Source: Raillietiella orientalis
Taxonomy: Eukaryota
NCBI GenBank assembly: GCA_036172245.1
Contig: JAYWIR010000012.1
Location: forward strand, 2,480,001-2,544,000
Direction of reading: 5' to 3'
DNA length: 64,000 bases
Shown here: positions 1-13,300 of the stretch, piece after piece
Layout: each line of letters begins with the position of its first letter
How positions within the stretch are numbered: the stretch's first letter is position 1
Translations under genes and position numbers: made by a program
The notes under the pieces: model-generated
The model's input: the letters and a program-made list of their open reading frames with translations, nothing else
Told to the model about the DNA's origin: nothing
The model's database searches: none

Positions 1-3000
1 GTTCCTCTGCCCGGAGTCCGCGCCCCTCCCTCCCTGGGGGAGAGAGGGGAGGAGGAGGCCGGAAGGAAGGAGGAGGAAGAAGAAGCAAACGCGACCGGCG
101 TGGCCGCCGCCCCAGCGGCCGCAAGCAGGAAGACGGGAGCCGGGAGAGTTGGCTATTTCTCTCCCCGGGAGCGACGGTTGCGTCGCCGGGAGATGCGACG
201 GTGGAGACCCCGTGAGGCGGGGGAGCGCCCGTTCCGGGCGATTAAAGCATCCCGACGCCTCTTCCCGTGTTTTCTTCCAGCGGGGAGGGGGGCAAAAGCC
301 GCCTCCCGCCCGTCTCTGGTGAAGCCTCCGGGAGGGCGAGATCGGCCTCCGAGTGCACAGCCCAGGGGGACCCCTCGGCAGTGGCGGGACGGAGCCATGG
401 CGGCTTCCAGGAAGTGGCCCTTCCCTCCCCCGCCCCTCCTCCTTACCTCCCCACACCCTCTCCTCCACACACCCTCCCCTCATCCCTCCCGTTCCCTCTC
501 ATCCTGAGGGAGCTCCCTCCATCGGAAGCGTCCAGGGAGCGAGCCCTCGTCCCAGCGGGCGAGGGAAGGGGGAACTTCTCCCGGAGGCAACCGAAGTCCA
601 GGCACTGCGGAGCCCAGGAAGTGCTGGTCACGTGAGGGAAATGGGGAAAGCAATCCCGCGGCGCCGCTGGCCCTCGTCCCGGAAGGTCTGATGAGTTGTG
701 GGGTAAGCGGGGATGCCTGCGCAAGGTGCGCAGTCCCTCCATTCCTCTTCGAGACCCCATCCCTCGCGGGGAATCCTTTTCATCCCTGCCAGTTGGTCCT
801 AGGCAACCGCAACGTACTCGCGCAGAGGAGTGAGGATAGGAGATGGGATGGACTAGAGTATGGGGAGGGATGAGTGCGTTTCCCTACTCGGCTGCCCCTC
901 TCTCCCGCCTTCTTCCTGCTCGCAGGCCCTCTGAGGGAAGCGAAGAATGGGGGAGTCTCCGTGCGGAGAGTCTCCCGCGACCCGGTCGGGAACGACCGTC
1001 TCAAAGACATCCCGGGACATCGTCCCGGGACTCCTTCGTGCGCAGAGAGGGAGGGAGGGAAGGAAGAGAGGGCGGGCGGAGGAGGAGAAGAGGAAGACTC
1101 GGAAGCAAGCGAATGTAGCGCCCTGAGGATCCAGCGGCGGGCGTAGGAAGTCGCCACCTCTCATCCACGTTGCCCTGCTAATTAAGGAAGGCCGAGGTCC
1201 CTAAATGGCCGGAGATTGCGATCGCAGCGACATCTTGATGGCAGTCTGGGCGCCTGGACCACTCCGTCATCACTCATCCTGTCTGTTGATAATGGCGGGT
1301 GATGCGCGGCGCTATCTGCTCGGCTCCGTCAGGGGCTCTCCATCGCCCGCGCGCCTCCGCGGAGCCGGGGCGCCGGCAGGCGAGCCTGGTGCCCCGGCGA
1401 CAGCGCAAGCGCGGGCGGGCGCCGAAGCGCCGCCCGCGGGACGTTGCTGGGCGGGGAGCGCTGGCGCGCGCGCGCGCTCGAGAGAGAGGGAGGGAGGGGA
1501 GAGACAAGGGAATGGGGTCCCGTCTGAGAGCTGCGGAGGGAAGAGAGCCTTGTTTCCCGCCGTTCACCCTCCCACCCTTGAGAGAAGAAGGATGGGTGGG
1601 GGCGACCCGCGGTCCTCCCTCCCTCCCCCTGCTCTCCTCCCCCCTTCCCGCTCTTTCATCCGAATTTATATGTCCCCGAGCGATCTGCGCCCGCATGCAA
1701 GGAAGACGCCCGCATGCAGGCTGTCTCTGGCTTGCTCGTTAATATTCCGGGAAGGTAAGATCGATGTCATCAGTGCGTCCCTTCTCCATGGCAACTCATT
1801 ACGAAACGGAGATAACTGGATGGCATCCGAGGACTAATGGAAAACCCGTGTTAGAACAACGGCGACGTGTTCATTAGGCCGTCGGCGCGATCCCAAGGCC
1901 TTCCGGCGCTGACGACGGAAGGTGGCGCGCAAGCTCGAGGAGAGAGGCAGCGGCGCCCCCTCGTTCGGCTCCGGGGAGTGCGTCCTGTCGACGGGTCGAC
2001 CCGCGCGCTGGGGACCACGTGCGTCGCCCTCGGCGGACCCTTTGTCTCGCTGGCTGGTAATTGACCCGGCCGGACGGGCGAGCATCCCTGCTGCCGCCGC
2101 TGATGGTGCCGGAGGTCACAGGGCCGGCCTGCAGGCGCCGCGCTGCCAGCCCGGCTCGGTCGGCGTCGGCATCAACCGAAGTGTAGTGCCTCGGGGCGCT
2201 TCGCACATGCACGCTCCTCCTTCTCCTCGCCGCCGCCGCCGCGAGAGGCAGGCGGAAGACGAAGGGAGAGGGGAGCTGAACGGTTCCCGGAAAGTGTCCT
2301 GGGAGAAAGACGCGAGAGCAAGGGAGTCCATCCCAGCCAGCGGCACGCTCCCTACACTCGAAAGACTCCCGCGGGGGGCTTGGAGCTCCCGGCAGCGACC
2401 GACCCACCAGCAATGCGGCGGGACCCCTCTCAAGCGCCAGTAATGGGCTGGCTGAATCCACGTCCCGTATCGGCAGATCCCCTTTCTCCCCTTCCCAGGT
2501 CCCTCTCCCCCGCTCGACTGTGGGGCATTTCGGACGGTGGCCTTGAAGGAAAAGCGAGAGCGAAAAGCGGGCCCGTCTCGACGATGCCCTTGGGGGAGGA
2601 GAGCAAGGGAGGAGGAAGGTGGCGAGGAAGTGGCTCCCGGCGTTCCCTGGGGAAGCGCCGGAACTCGTGGATGCGCGGGACGGCGCTCGAGCAGGACGCG
2701 CGTGGTTTCTCCCCCTATCCGAGGTCAGGAGGCAAGCATTCCCTTTCGGTTAGTTGTCTCCCTGGGGATGGGTGTGGCTCTCCCTTCCTCGCTCCTTGTT
2801 CGACCTTTCCCGGGCCCTTCACCGGAAGCGGAAGGAACGCAGAAAAACAAAGTGGCGCCAAAAACACGGAAAGGGGGAGGAGAGGAATAAATAGAATAAA
2901 ATAAAAAAACCGGAGGACGCCAGCGAATGCAGTACCGGGAAGCGTCATCGTGCCGAAGGGGAGGGGTAAGTCCATGCTCTTCTCCCGGGTTCGCGGCGAG

Positions 3001-3112
3001 CATCCAGACTGCTCCTGGAGACAGCGGCCTCGGTGACGTTGCCGGCTCCCTTCTCGCGCGCACCGCTCGTGCCGCTCGCTGCACTCCTCGTGCGCTCCAG
3101 CGTCTCTCAGGC

Positions 3113-3590
3113 CAAATGGGGGGAGGGGAGGAGATGGGGGGAAAGGGAGGCTGGGGTGGAGCTGATGGGAAAAGGAGGAGCAGGGAGAATGAGATTTGAA
3201 GGATAAGGATGAGGAGGGATGGAAAGACAGGAAGGATAAAGATTAAGAAGAAGGAATAAAAGAAGAGGAGGAATGGAGGAGGTGGAGAAGGGATGTGGGA
3301 AGAGGAGTATGAATGGAGGGGAGGAATAGAAGAGGATGAGGAGGAGAAGGAATGGAAGAAGAAAAGCAGAAATGGGGAGTATGAGGAATAAAAGAAGAGG
3401 AGGTGGAACAGAAGAGGAAGAGGAAGGATGGAGGAGGAGTGAAAGAGGGAGAGGAGAAGGAATGTAGCGAGTGGAAGAACAGAGGTGTAGGGGGAGGAGG
3501 CATGGAGGGCGAGGAGGAGAAGAGGAGACGGAATGAAGGAGGAGGGATGGAGGTGTGGGCGAGGAAGGAATGTGAGAGGAGGAGGGGAGG
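3113..3590 (+). repeat. Purine-rich (GGA/GAA) low-complexity tract
   Basis: About 480 bp of nearly all G and A on the + strand. Confidence 0.9.
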
Positions 3591-4149
3591 TCCCGCTTTC
3601 CCCTGCTCACCTTCGCGTTTCTGGATCAGTGACGACCGTCGGAAAACGCCGATTACTCATGGCGCTCCCCACGAATCCCTGTGCTCATCCTTCGCGCGTC
3701 AAACGGGAGAGCGGGGTGCTCCTGTAGGGCTTGGCACCCTCCACCGCGGTCGCGCAGTTTTCGCATCCGCTCCACCCCCACACTGCAAGAATTCGCGCCC
3801 TCTTTGCCTTCCCCTCCTTCCAACGCCGTGGGCTCCTCTTCAAGCACAGACGAGGGTGAAAGCTGTGGGTAAGGGTTCGTGACCCTTCCTTTCCCTGGTC
3901 TGCTGCTTCTCCTTGGCGGGCGCTCCACCGGTAGGGCGCCACCGCCAAAATGCCTGTGCCGCTTGGGGGACCCCGGTCTTCGGCCCGCGGGACAGGGGGA
4001 AGGGGGGAGGGAGGGGAGGTAAGGATGGAGTCGAGGAAGGGCGAGTAGGACTCAGGTCTTCCATTTCGTCCCTCCTCCACCCGTTCCCGCGAAGTGCGAT
4101 ACCCGCTAGCTCTGGCGAGTCGTATCCTCAGGGGCTGATGGGGTGCCTG

Positions 4150-5720
4150 CCTGGTTCTTTGGGGTCGCCCCCTGCTTTCTCTGCGTCATCGTTCTAGGAA
4201 GTCCCGTGGTGACCCGAGTCGCCTGTTTTGGAATCCCTGAGGACTCTCGACACTCGCTCCTTGAGTCAAGGCGCAGGTGGAGATCGGGAGAACCCAATCC
4301 CGTTTTGCGGGTTTTCCTCTGGGAAGGGGCAATACCGACCCCAGATTCGTGGTCTCGCTTGTCTTTCCGTGGTCACGGTCAAGGCCCAGGTTTAGGAAGG
4401 GTTCCACGAAGGTAGGGTTCCACGGCGCCTAGATTAGTTGCCGGGAGAGGGTGAGTCTGTTTCCAAGAGATCCTTCGGGATATCCGCAAGCGCAGATGCA
4501 CGTCTCCCTCTTCCATCTCTTTCCGCTGCGAGATGCGTCCCTTCAGGAGCTGCACTCCATCCCACTGATGACGATGCTTTCCCGTATTCCTCGACCATTC
4601 CCCCGTCATCCTGTGGGAACTGGAAGTCCTTCCGCTCTTCCTGCTCCCCTTCTCTCATGCTGCTACTTCGAGGATCTCCCGGGAAGGAGTGGCGTGTCCA
4701 GGGGCTCGCCTCCCACCCTTTGGATCGGGGGGAGGAGACCGCCGAGAGAGACGCAGCGCGAAAGACCTTCACATTCCCTCAGGGGTAGCCCTCGCCCGGG
4801 GATGCAGAGTGACTGCAGGAAGGAGGGAGAAGGGTGAGCGCTCAGAGCGCTGCTGGACCGGGGTTCGCTCTCTCGAGGGGTGACTCGCACACCACCGCCG
4901 CACAAAAGCTAGGGAGGATGACTTCCGGAGGAGATGAGACTGCTGTCCCCGCGATGCGCACGTCCCCCGTCAGGACGGGGGGCCACCCTTCTCCCCCTTC
5001 CTTGCAGGGAACGGGACACCGTTCCGGAAGGGGTGTGGATGAGGGGTGGGTGCTCCCCTTCCTCACCTGGAAGAGTCCGGAGTCACCACCTCCCGTCGCG
5101 TTCCCTTCCCTCCGAACGCTGACTCCGGGGTCGTCCGGGTTCGGGACCAGGAACCGCCCTCCGTTCCAGGACTTCCGCTTCTTAGAGACCCGCACGAAGT
5201 CGAATCCTGCGTGCTCGCGTCCACGCACCATCACGTAAAGGTCCGGCCCCCTTTCCGGTTCCTCCCTTCAGCATTCCCATCGCTCGGGATGTGCCGGCTG
5301 CTTGCTCCCTGCCCACAGAGGGTTCTCTTCGCGCTCCCCGTTTCCTGGACGCCATCCCTCCCGGGATCTGCCCGTCCCTCATCTCCTCTATCCCTTTACC
5401 TCCCCCTAGTTCCATTCCCTGCTTGCGAGCAGGAAGAGGTGGTGTCTGGAGCATCCAGGAAGCACTCCCCAGCATCAGGGCTCTCTTTCGAACCCTAACG
5501 GGGATCCTGGGAAAGGGATCAAAGGGGGACCTCGTTTCCCGAGACCCTCCCCTCTCACACGTCCCGAGAGGCGATCCGCTGATTCTTAGTCCTCCATGAG
5601 GACCATGGGGGTAAACAGAACGTCCCGTTAGCCTTCCCGTGAGGAGAACTCACGGCGCGGCCCACCGAAGGGGAGGAGAAGGTTCAACCATGACTCAGGG
5701 AGGGGTCTGCGACGACTGTG
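4150..5720 (-). mobile_element. Decayed RTE-clade (BovB-like) LINE, RT region
   Basis: Collinear decayed motifs across frames: GKANG (~GKAPG), DAGEC...TTSSCSQAG (~NAKECSNYRTIALISHAS), DLYVM..VD...AGFDFV (~LYLCFVDYxKAFDxV), TGGGDSGLFQVRKG (~TGHGTTDWFQIGKG), GDVRIAG, VGGEPLD, RRISW...TN, TGLPRT (~RGRPR). Frameshifted; ends approximate. Confidence 0.65.
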
Positions 5721-7299
5721 TCCTGGAAAGCGGCCCGTGTGATCCTGAGAGGGAATGCCCATCCAGAGCTCTGCAAAGGAGAGCAACAGCAAATGGGGTG
5801 CTCTCCCCATCTCGGGAAGAAAAGAGGGTGAGGGAACCTCCCTCCAGGTCTCGTCTTGGTTCGCATTCTCAAAATAGCCGTGGGAACGGAGGGAGGGAGC
5901 GGACCCATTACTAGGGGGAGTCTGACAACCTGCCCGCTCGCATAGCGCGAGACCCAGGGGTCGCTCGTGTCCCCCTTTCCCCTGTCTCCTGATTCCCTAC
6001 GCCCTCCGGAAGAGGACTCGTGGTTCCTCCTCCACTATTGACGCAGGGAAAGCGGCGCGCGGGAGGGAGGCGCTCCCGTCTCCTTGCTGCATACCCCCCC
6101 CTTCCCTCCCTTCACTTCCCCCCTACCTCTCTCGCTTCCTCGGCCTCGACTCTCGGTCGCCAGGCAATCCGGGCTTGGAATACCGATCTCTCCTCCTCCG
6201 GCTCAACGGGAGCGGAAGCGGGAGTTACGAGGAAGGGGGAGTGCTCCGGAGAACGGACAGGGAGCGGGCACGCCAGGGAACCGGGAGCTCAGAAAGAGTC
6301 CCCTCATCCCGGAGGCTACTTTGTGGGGACGGCGGTGGCGTTCCCAAGTTCCCCCTCCTCCTCGAGGATCCGCCAATCTATCGCTCCCTCCCGAGGGGGT
6401 GAGGGCGAAGCCGGGAGGTGCATCCCGCGATCTTCTGAGGGTCAGGTCCTCCGTTCGTGAAGAGGGCCGCAGGCCGCTGCCAAGCAACGTGCGGTTCTCC
6501 GCAGACAGACCGGCAGGAAGAAAAAAAAAAAGGGACCTCGGTCCGCCGACTCCCCGAAAGGAGGGATCGTTCCCCTCCTGGCATCGCGGCAGTTCCGGGA
6601 ACTCGGCTTCGCCCCTCCCTCCCTGGCTCCTCAGGGAGACAAACTCAGAGGCATCGCTCGCCCCGGAAGGTGAGACGACCCCAGTCGCTTCTTTGCGCCT
6701 GCTCCCGCCTCTCCTACCTCGCCTGACCACCCCCTTCTTCTCGCTCCCCTATCCCGCTTTCCGCCAGGGAACCTCATGCTTCGTTGCGGGCACGGGGATG
6801 CCCGATGTACAGAACGACCCCGGGAGGAGGAAGGAAGGGGAAGAAGGGGAGCAGATTCATGACTGGGATGGGACGCTTCCTGCCGGAGGACGGACCATTC
6901 GGTGCCCATTTGCACTCCCCCCCCCTTTGACCTCCTGAGGGATTAGGCCCGGGGCTCCTCCCCAGCTTGTCCGTCTCCCGAAGGATTCGGGCGAGCACTC
7001 CCTCAGATTCCCCTGGGTGATGGCAGGGGGGCGCCGCGACATCCAGCAGCCGACGGTGGGAGTGCTCGTGCGGGAAGGGGTCGGCCGCGTGATCGCCATC
7101 TGCGGGCGAACGCGCAGAAGTGGCTTCAGGCACCGTGCTCCCTGCGGGAACACTCGACTGACTGGTCGGAGGGGTCGATCGCGCCGGTGCGCGCTCCTCG
7201 CCGGACGGGTCACCTCGCTCTCCCCCACGCGCCGGCTGCGACGGGGCAGGGAAGGGTCGGGGTGCGGCTCCACATCCAGACCCTCCCCCTCCGGCTCGT

Positions 7300-9100
7300 C
7301 TTCTCGAGCGGGTCCGGGAGGCAGGAAAAGGAGGACGGTGACGCTCCTGTAAGCAGGAAGGAGGAGGATTTCGATCCCACGCGTTGGCGCAGAAAGAGCA
7401 CTCAAACCTACAGCAGCAAGGGGTGGTGCCCGAACTCCCGCCGGCCCTAGAGCCAGAAAGCGACTCCCCGATCCAGGCGAAGTGACACGCGATGACGCGC
7501 CTCGAGCAGCGCGCCGCCTCGCTTTCGGGGGTGGAGACGTGGTCCGCCTCGCTTGTCTGCGGCGCCACCCTCGCGCATCGCCAATCTGCTATTCCGTTCC
7601 CGGAGAGGGCATTGACCCGCGTGGAGAGCCGGACATAGACAGAGAGGAAGGAAAAGGTCACCTCTCTCGGGTCGCCGTGACCTCGGGGACGCCACCCTCC
7701 CTTTTTCCAGGGCTGCCTCTTCGCGAGCAGATGGTCTCGCGCACCGCGATCGGGAGGAGTCTTCCCCCGTCCCCGTTCCGGAGGGCTGCCGAGCTTCCAC
7801 GAGCCATACCCCCTCAGGGCGTGGGCGGCATACACCTGACCCGCCCTCCCCCGTTATGCGAGAATGGACGGCTTCCTTCTTCGCGGGTGTTTGCAGGTTT
7901 CTCCGCGACTCGAGGATACACTACGATCGAGCAGCTCGTGGACCGGCGCTGGACGCGTGGACGGAAGTGGCCCGGCAATGCACCGGTGGGAGGCGCTCGC
8001 TCCAGCTGTGGCGCGCGCCTTCTTTGCCTGTGGCTCCCGACTGGCCCTCTCCCTGATCAGAGATCCCGGGACATCCCCGCGGAAGGTCTATCCACTACCC
8101 GCTTCTCCCTCTAGATCTGTCTTGCCGGAGGGGGAGCTACTCCGTCCACCGACGCGCGGGTGCAGCACTGCATCCTGGGGAGGATCCCTGGACTCTTCTC
8201 TCTCCGTCCCTTCTCTATTTCCCAGTGCTCCCGCTCACGGAACCCTCGCACCTGTTCTTGATTAGGGAGAGGCATCCCAAACCGGTGTTGCGGGCGGTTT
8301 CCCGCCTCGGAGAGGGCACCCTCGCCGCCCCGTTCGTCCTTCTCACTCTTCTTCTCTGCGCCCACGCAGAGGGCCGAAGCTGCAGAGGGCGTACACTCCC
8401 TACGTACTGAATGGGCGCTGCCGCCGCCACGCCATTCCCTCTCTCCGTCCCCCTTCCCGGGGCGCTCCTGAGAGGGCGATTTCCCCCTGCCCCAGGAGCA
8501 ACGCGTAGCTGCGGAAATTAGTCCGGCGAGGAAATGGAGCAGTCACGTCCCCTGTGGGGGTCAGGGACCACGGAGGGCGGCGCCGGAGGCTGAGAGCAGG
8601 GAGAGGGGCGACTTCTCCCGCTGCGCAGTGGGTGCGCACCCTCGAGGGAAGGAGGAACGCTGTCCACAATGCAGCACTTGCTCGCACAAATGCGGGAGGA
8701 CAGCGGACGTGGGACGGGAGTTTCCATAAGCCCGGGAGCTGCTCTCTTCCTGTCCGCGCGTGGATCGAAGACGCGTGGGGAGACCCAGAGTCCTCCTAGG
8801 GAGTCTCGCTGTGGAGGTCGGCGGAAACACTCCGCGGTGAAGAAGTGGGGAGGGGATGCACTGGTTGGGGGGTCCTCACGCGCCCATCACGTGTCCTTTC
8901 TCCTCATCCTTGTGGGCCAATTGCGCGTGGTATTGCGCCAACGCACCAACTCGGCGGCAGGGATCCGTCGTCAAGTGTAAGAAAGGCAGTGGAGGAGGAG
9001 AGTGTGCCGCGATCCTGAGCAGGATCTTCGGGGACGCGGGAATGGAGCCGGGTGATGCATGGGCGGATTACGCTCCCGTCCTGCAAATCTTCTTCGCCGG
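7300..9100 (+). mobile_element. Decayed RTE-clade LINE, RT to C-terminus
   Basis: Ordered remnants: KEDG...RWRRKSTQTY (~KDxDG..RWxEYFxxLY), FAGFSATRGYTTIEQL...RKW (~QAGFRxGRSTxDQI), SVLPEGELLRP, LSVPSLF, GEEMEQ, VHNAAL...GQRTW (~VYxAxVxPxLxYGxETW), MHWLG, ILVGQL, AGMEPGDAWADYA. Ends approximate. Confidence 0.65.
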
Positions 9101-9979
9101 GAGGGGATTACGGGATTCCGCCTTCCCGAATGGACACGCCGGAGGGATCCTGCAGGCATTAAAACTTCATTTTTGGTCCCGTTGGCTCCAAGATGAACAG
9201 CCCCCGCCTTGCGCCGGGAGCGCGCTGGCGCGGTGCGAAGCGCCCCGCCTCCTCAGGAAGCTCGACCCGGGACCGGAAGGAAGGGAAGACGAGGGGGGTG
9301 CGCGCGCACATGAAGAAGAAGGGAGGGCAGGGTGCCGGTGGCGCCGTCCCGTCCCCGGCTCCAGGAGGAGGAGGAGGCGCGCTGCAGACTCTGCGCGCCC
9401 TTCCTCCGCCCTTCCTTCCCCCCCTTCCTTCAGGGAGAAGATGCGGTGACGTCTACTCCTTCCTCTTCCTCTTCCTCTCCCTATTCCTTTCTCTCGGCTT
9501 TCCCCCGGGAGGCCGTTGCGCTCCTCAAGAATACCAATGAGAAAGCTCCTTTCTCGTTGGGCAGCTCGTCTCCTAGGAGACGTTTTCTCCCCCTCTCCCC
9601 CTCACGAAGATGAGAGCACCTGTTGATCTCATCCTGGCCTACTCTCTTCCCTTCCTCTCCCCCTCTTCCTCCTGCCAGGATGCGTCGTCATCTTAAAGCT
9701 CCCGTCCAGACGACCGGACGTTCCTGCCTACGGCTGTGTCGCCCGAGAGGGACGTTCCTGCGACTGCCTTCCGGGAGGGGAACGGGTCCGCGTTTGCGCG
9801 GGACCCAATTCCTGTACTCCGCGCTCCCCATCCGCGCGGCACGACGGACGCAACGCTCCTCTCGCCGGGGGCGCGCGCGCTCCCGAGGGAAGTGAAGACG
9901 CGGAGGGGGAAGAAGAGGAGGAGGGTAGCTTTGCTTCGATCCCGCTCCACTCACATTTGGTTCGATCCCGGAAGAGGAG

Positions 9980-10330
9980 GAAAGAATGCTTCCTGGGGTG
10001 AGGAGATCGAGCAGACGCACCACATGCAGCTCTCCTCAGGGAAGGCGGGAACAGAGCGCCTTCTCGTTCCCGCCGTTCCTTCCCAGCTTCGCGCGAGTCC
10101 CATCCGGGAAAGGGGGCATCGGAAACGGCGCTGCACCTGGAAGGGGCCTCAGGGAGGAAGAGGAAGAAACGCGCGGGACGTCTCGGGGTGCTACCGGGTC
10201 ACTGGAAAATTTCTGTAGGGTTGCTCTGCTCTCCAGGAGTCAGTGGGGGGGGGAAAGCAGCGATTTGGCACTTGCCGGTTCGGGCTCTGCACCCTTCGAG
10301 CGCATCCTCGAACCCAAGAGGGTGGTGGTT
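9980..10330 (+). mobile_element. Possible LINE RT N-terminal fragment
   Basis: EEIEQTHHMQLSSGKAG (~EEVxxAIxxLxxGKAPG) followed by LENFCRVALLS...PFERILE (~NYRPIALLS..KxFERIL). Confidence 0.4.
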
Positions 10331-13300
10331 CCTGGTGCAGAGATCCGAGGCGCAAGGAGTCCGCTGGGAGCACTGCCTGAGGCCTTTTGCTGTCCCCTTT
10401 GAGGAGGAAAAGGATAGAGGGGGCTACGTCTGGAAGGTCCTTCCCACCGGGGGAGAGACAGCTCCGACCGGCTCGGAGATCGCGGAGACGTGAAGGAGGA
10501 GGGCAGCGGGGAGCGCTCCCTCTTCCTCGCTGCGGGGCTGCGTCCTCCTCGGGCCCGCCTCGCTCTGACCCCGAAGACTGCAGACGCAATCGCCTCTCGC
10601 TGTTCTCCTAGCTTGTCTTCCTCCCTCTTTTCTCCCCCCGCCGCGCCCACCTTCCGACGAGTCCCGCGTCTTCTCCCGTGCGCCCTATCCCCGCAGCCGC
10701 GGCTGCAGCCAGATTTCCGGGGGGAATAGAGTGGATCTCCCTGGAAGGGGGGGAAGGGAACGGAACAGGGAAAAACGGGATGGACGGGTGAACCGCCAAT
10801 TAAATCTCTGGAATGTTTTCGCCGACGAAATTACCGCTCCATTAGGGAAGAGGGGGAAAACTGGGAACGCGCGCGCGGCTCGCGTCCGCAAATCGTGCGG
10901 ACTCGGGAAGGTTCGACTTCCGGGACTTCCCTCCCCCTTTCCTCCCCCTCCCCCTCCTCCCTCTCGACCTTTCCGCCCCCGCCTTTCTCGAGTGCGCACG
11001 CGTTCCCGGCAGGAACCTTCAGGACACAAGGGTCGCTTCCAGGATATCCGGGGGGAGCGACTTGCCTACTCGGTTCACCACTCCCTCCCTTTATCTCTCA
11101 GGACTGATGTGGAGGGGAGAGAGGGGAGGAAGAGGAGGGAGTGGGGCATGCGATGAGGATGAAGAAGGAAGAAGGGAGGAGGAGGAAGGAAAGACGGAAG
11201 AAAGAAGGGGGAGGAGGAAGATGCGCGGAGGCGTGGTGTGGCACCTCTCATGGTGCAGCGATGCAGGTGAAGGCAGAGCGGGCGGCCTCTCCTCCCTGGT
11301 CAGAACTCCAGCCGTGGGAAAGCAAAGGGGTGCGGGAGTGGGTGGAATGAAGGCTGAGAATGTAAGGATTTATGAACAGCAATGCGGGAGCGTGCTCCTC
11401 CTCCCGAGGGATTCCCCTCCTCCCTCCTCTCAAAGCACCGGAAGTCCGTCGTTCCTCCCGGCGTTTCCCGGCGCCTGGGGACCAGTAGACCACACGAAAT
11501 CCTCACGGAATCCTCTGTCCTCGCGGGGTCCGTGAGGAAAACCCTCCCGTTGAAAAAAATGGGAAAGGGAAAGCCACGGGTAAAGGAAGGGAGGAGGGGG
11601 TGGTTCGCAGGGGTCCTGTTTCCGCCCTTCCGACCGACCCTCCTTACCTTGTCCCGTGGCCCTGCCCCCTTTAGCGGTCACGCAGGGAAAGCTCATCCCG
11701 GAGTGTGCAGCGGGGGAAACCGCCGCTGTCTTTTCCCACCGCTGCCGCCGGCTCTTCCGTGCGGGATCTCCTCAGCCCCTTCCCGGCATCGCCACGGGCG
11801 TGGCGGTGACGGCAAAATCCGCCCGCGGGGATGTTCCGGCAGTCGCACCCAGGAGCGAACGCGAAGGCGCCGCCGCCACCGCCGTTCCCCGGAGCAGCCG
11901 GTCGATCCCAGGAGTCGCCTCGGCATCTGCTTCTTGGAACATCTGGAGCAATAAAACGTGAGGGGGGAGGAGGGAGGGAAGCGGCGGGTACGGGAGGGGG
12001 AGAGGCCCGAAAGGAAGGGGGGGAAAAGAGAGATAAAATTTCGGGAAGCGGATCTCTCCCGTGCCGGCAGGTGTTCTCGGGAGCCTCCGCCACCCCCACC
12101 TCGCTGGGAAGCGGCCGGCGGCGATCACGTGACTCCCATCCGCGACGGCGTCAGCGTGAGAGGGGCGGAGAGGGTCACGCGATCCGGGGACGGGGAGCGA
12201 GAGGAAAGCGCCCGGAAGGGGTCTGCCACGGCTCCACGGCCTCGCCGACTCCCCACAAGGGAACGGGGGTCCCACCATCCCATCCTCTCCCCCATCACCC
12301 CTGCTCCCCTTCTCCAGGAAAAAGGGAGGGTCACTCGGACCCCTTCTTCCACTCCCTTTCCTCCTTCTGCGTTCCCCGGTTCTTTCCCTCCCTCTGCTCT
12401 CCTGAGAGAAAGGAGCCGCAGTAGGGAGTACCGCCGGGAGGAGTTCATGGGAGGGAGAAGGAAGGGAGGGGAAAGTGTGGAGAGGTAGAGGATCGGTGGT
12501 GTTCCCTTCTCCTTCTCCTCCTCTCTCAGGCCCGACGGCAGAGGTTCCCTTCTAGAGGGTGGCAATGGCGACGAGCGGGTGATGCCTTGAGGCGTCCTGC
12601 CGGGGATCCCTGAAATCGCCATCGGGGCTGGGGAAGACATCGTCCCGGCAGACCTAACAGGGAAAAGGAAGGGAAGGGGTGAGGGACAGGAAAGGACTGC
12701 GAAGCTCTACCATTCCTCTGCTCCCGCTGCACCCACTGCGCTCCTCTTCCCTCGGGAACCGGGACAGCTGCTTGCCTCCCCTAGCAATCTTCCCCTCTTC
12801 CCTCGGGAGGTGGGGAAGACAGGGGAAGGAGCGCGCCCTGAAGGCGACTTGCCTGCCACCCACTCCCGGAGGCCCCCGTGAAGACCGCGCGTGTCCCCTC
12901 TCTCGCCAGTCATGGTCGTTCTCTCCACAGCCGCAGGACGCGGGGAGGGGAACGGGAAGAGAGGGTGGGGGAATGGGGACGAACGGCAAGGAGAGTTCTG
13001 GAGACGCTCCTCGCCGCCCCAGGCCCGCCGGCCCAGTGGCGCCTGCGAGGAGGGGCGCACCTGCTCAAGCGCTCACGGGAGGGAGAGAGGGAGGAGACGC
13101 TGCAGGTTCCAATGCGCCCCAGCGGTGGCTGCAAAACAGCCACCATTCCTTTCACCCCACCTGCGCGCCGTCCCCGCGCTGCCGAAGCCCCTGGCAGCTC
13201 CCGTCTTCCGACCGCCCAGTCCTGGCTCGGCGCCTCCACCCTCCCTCCTCGTCCCTCGCCCCGGCTCTGCCGCCTTTCCTGAATCGCCCTCGTTTCGAGA

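Noticed and set aside
9060..9115. Paired GGATTA sites as an enhancer
   Set aside because: They fall at the 3' end of the RTE fossil, and there is no independent support.
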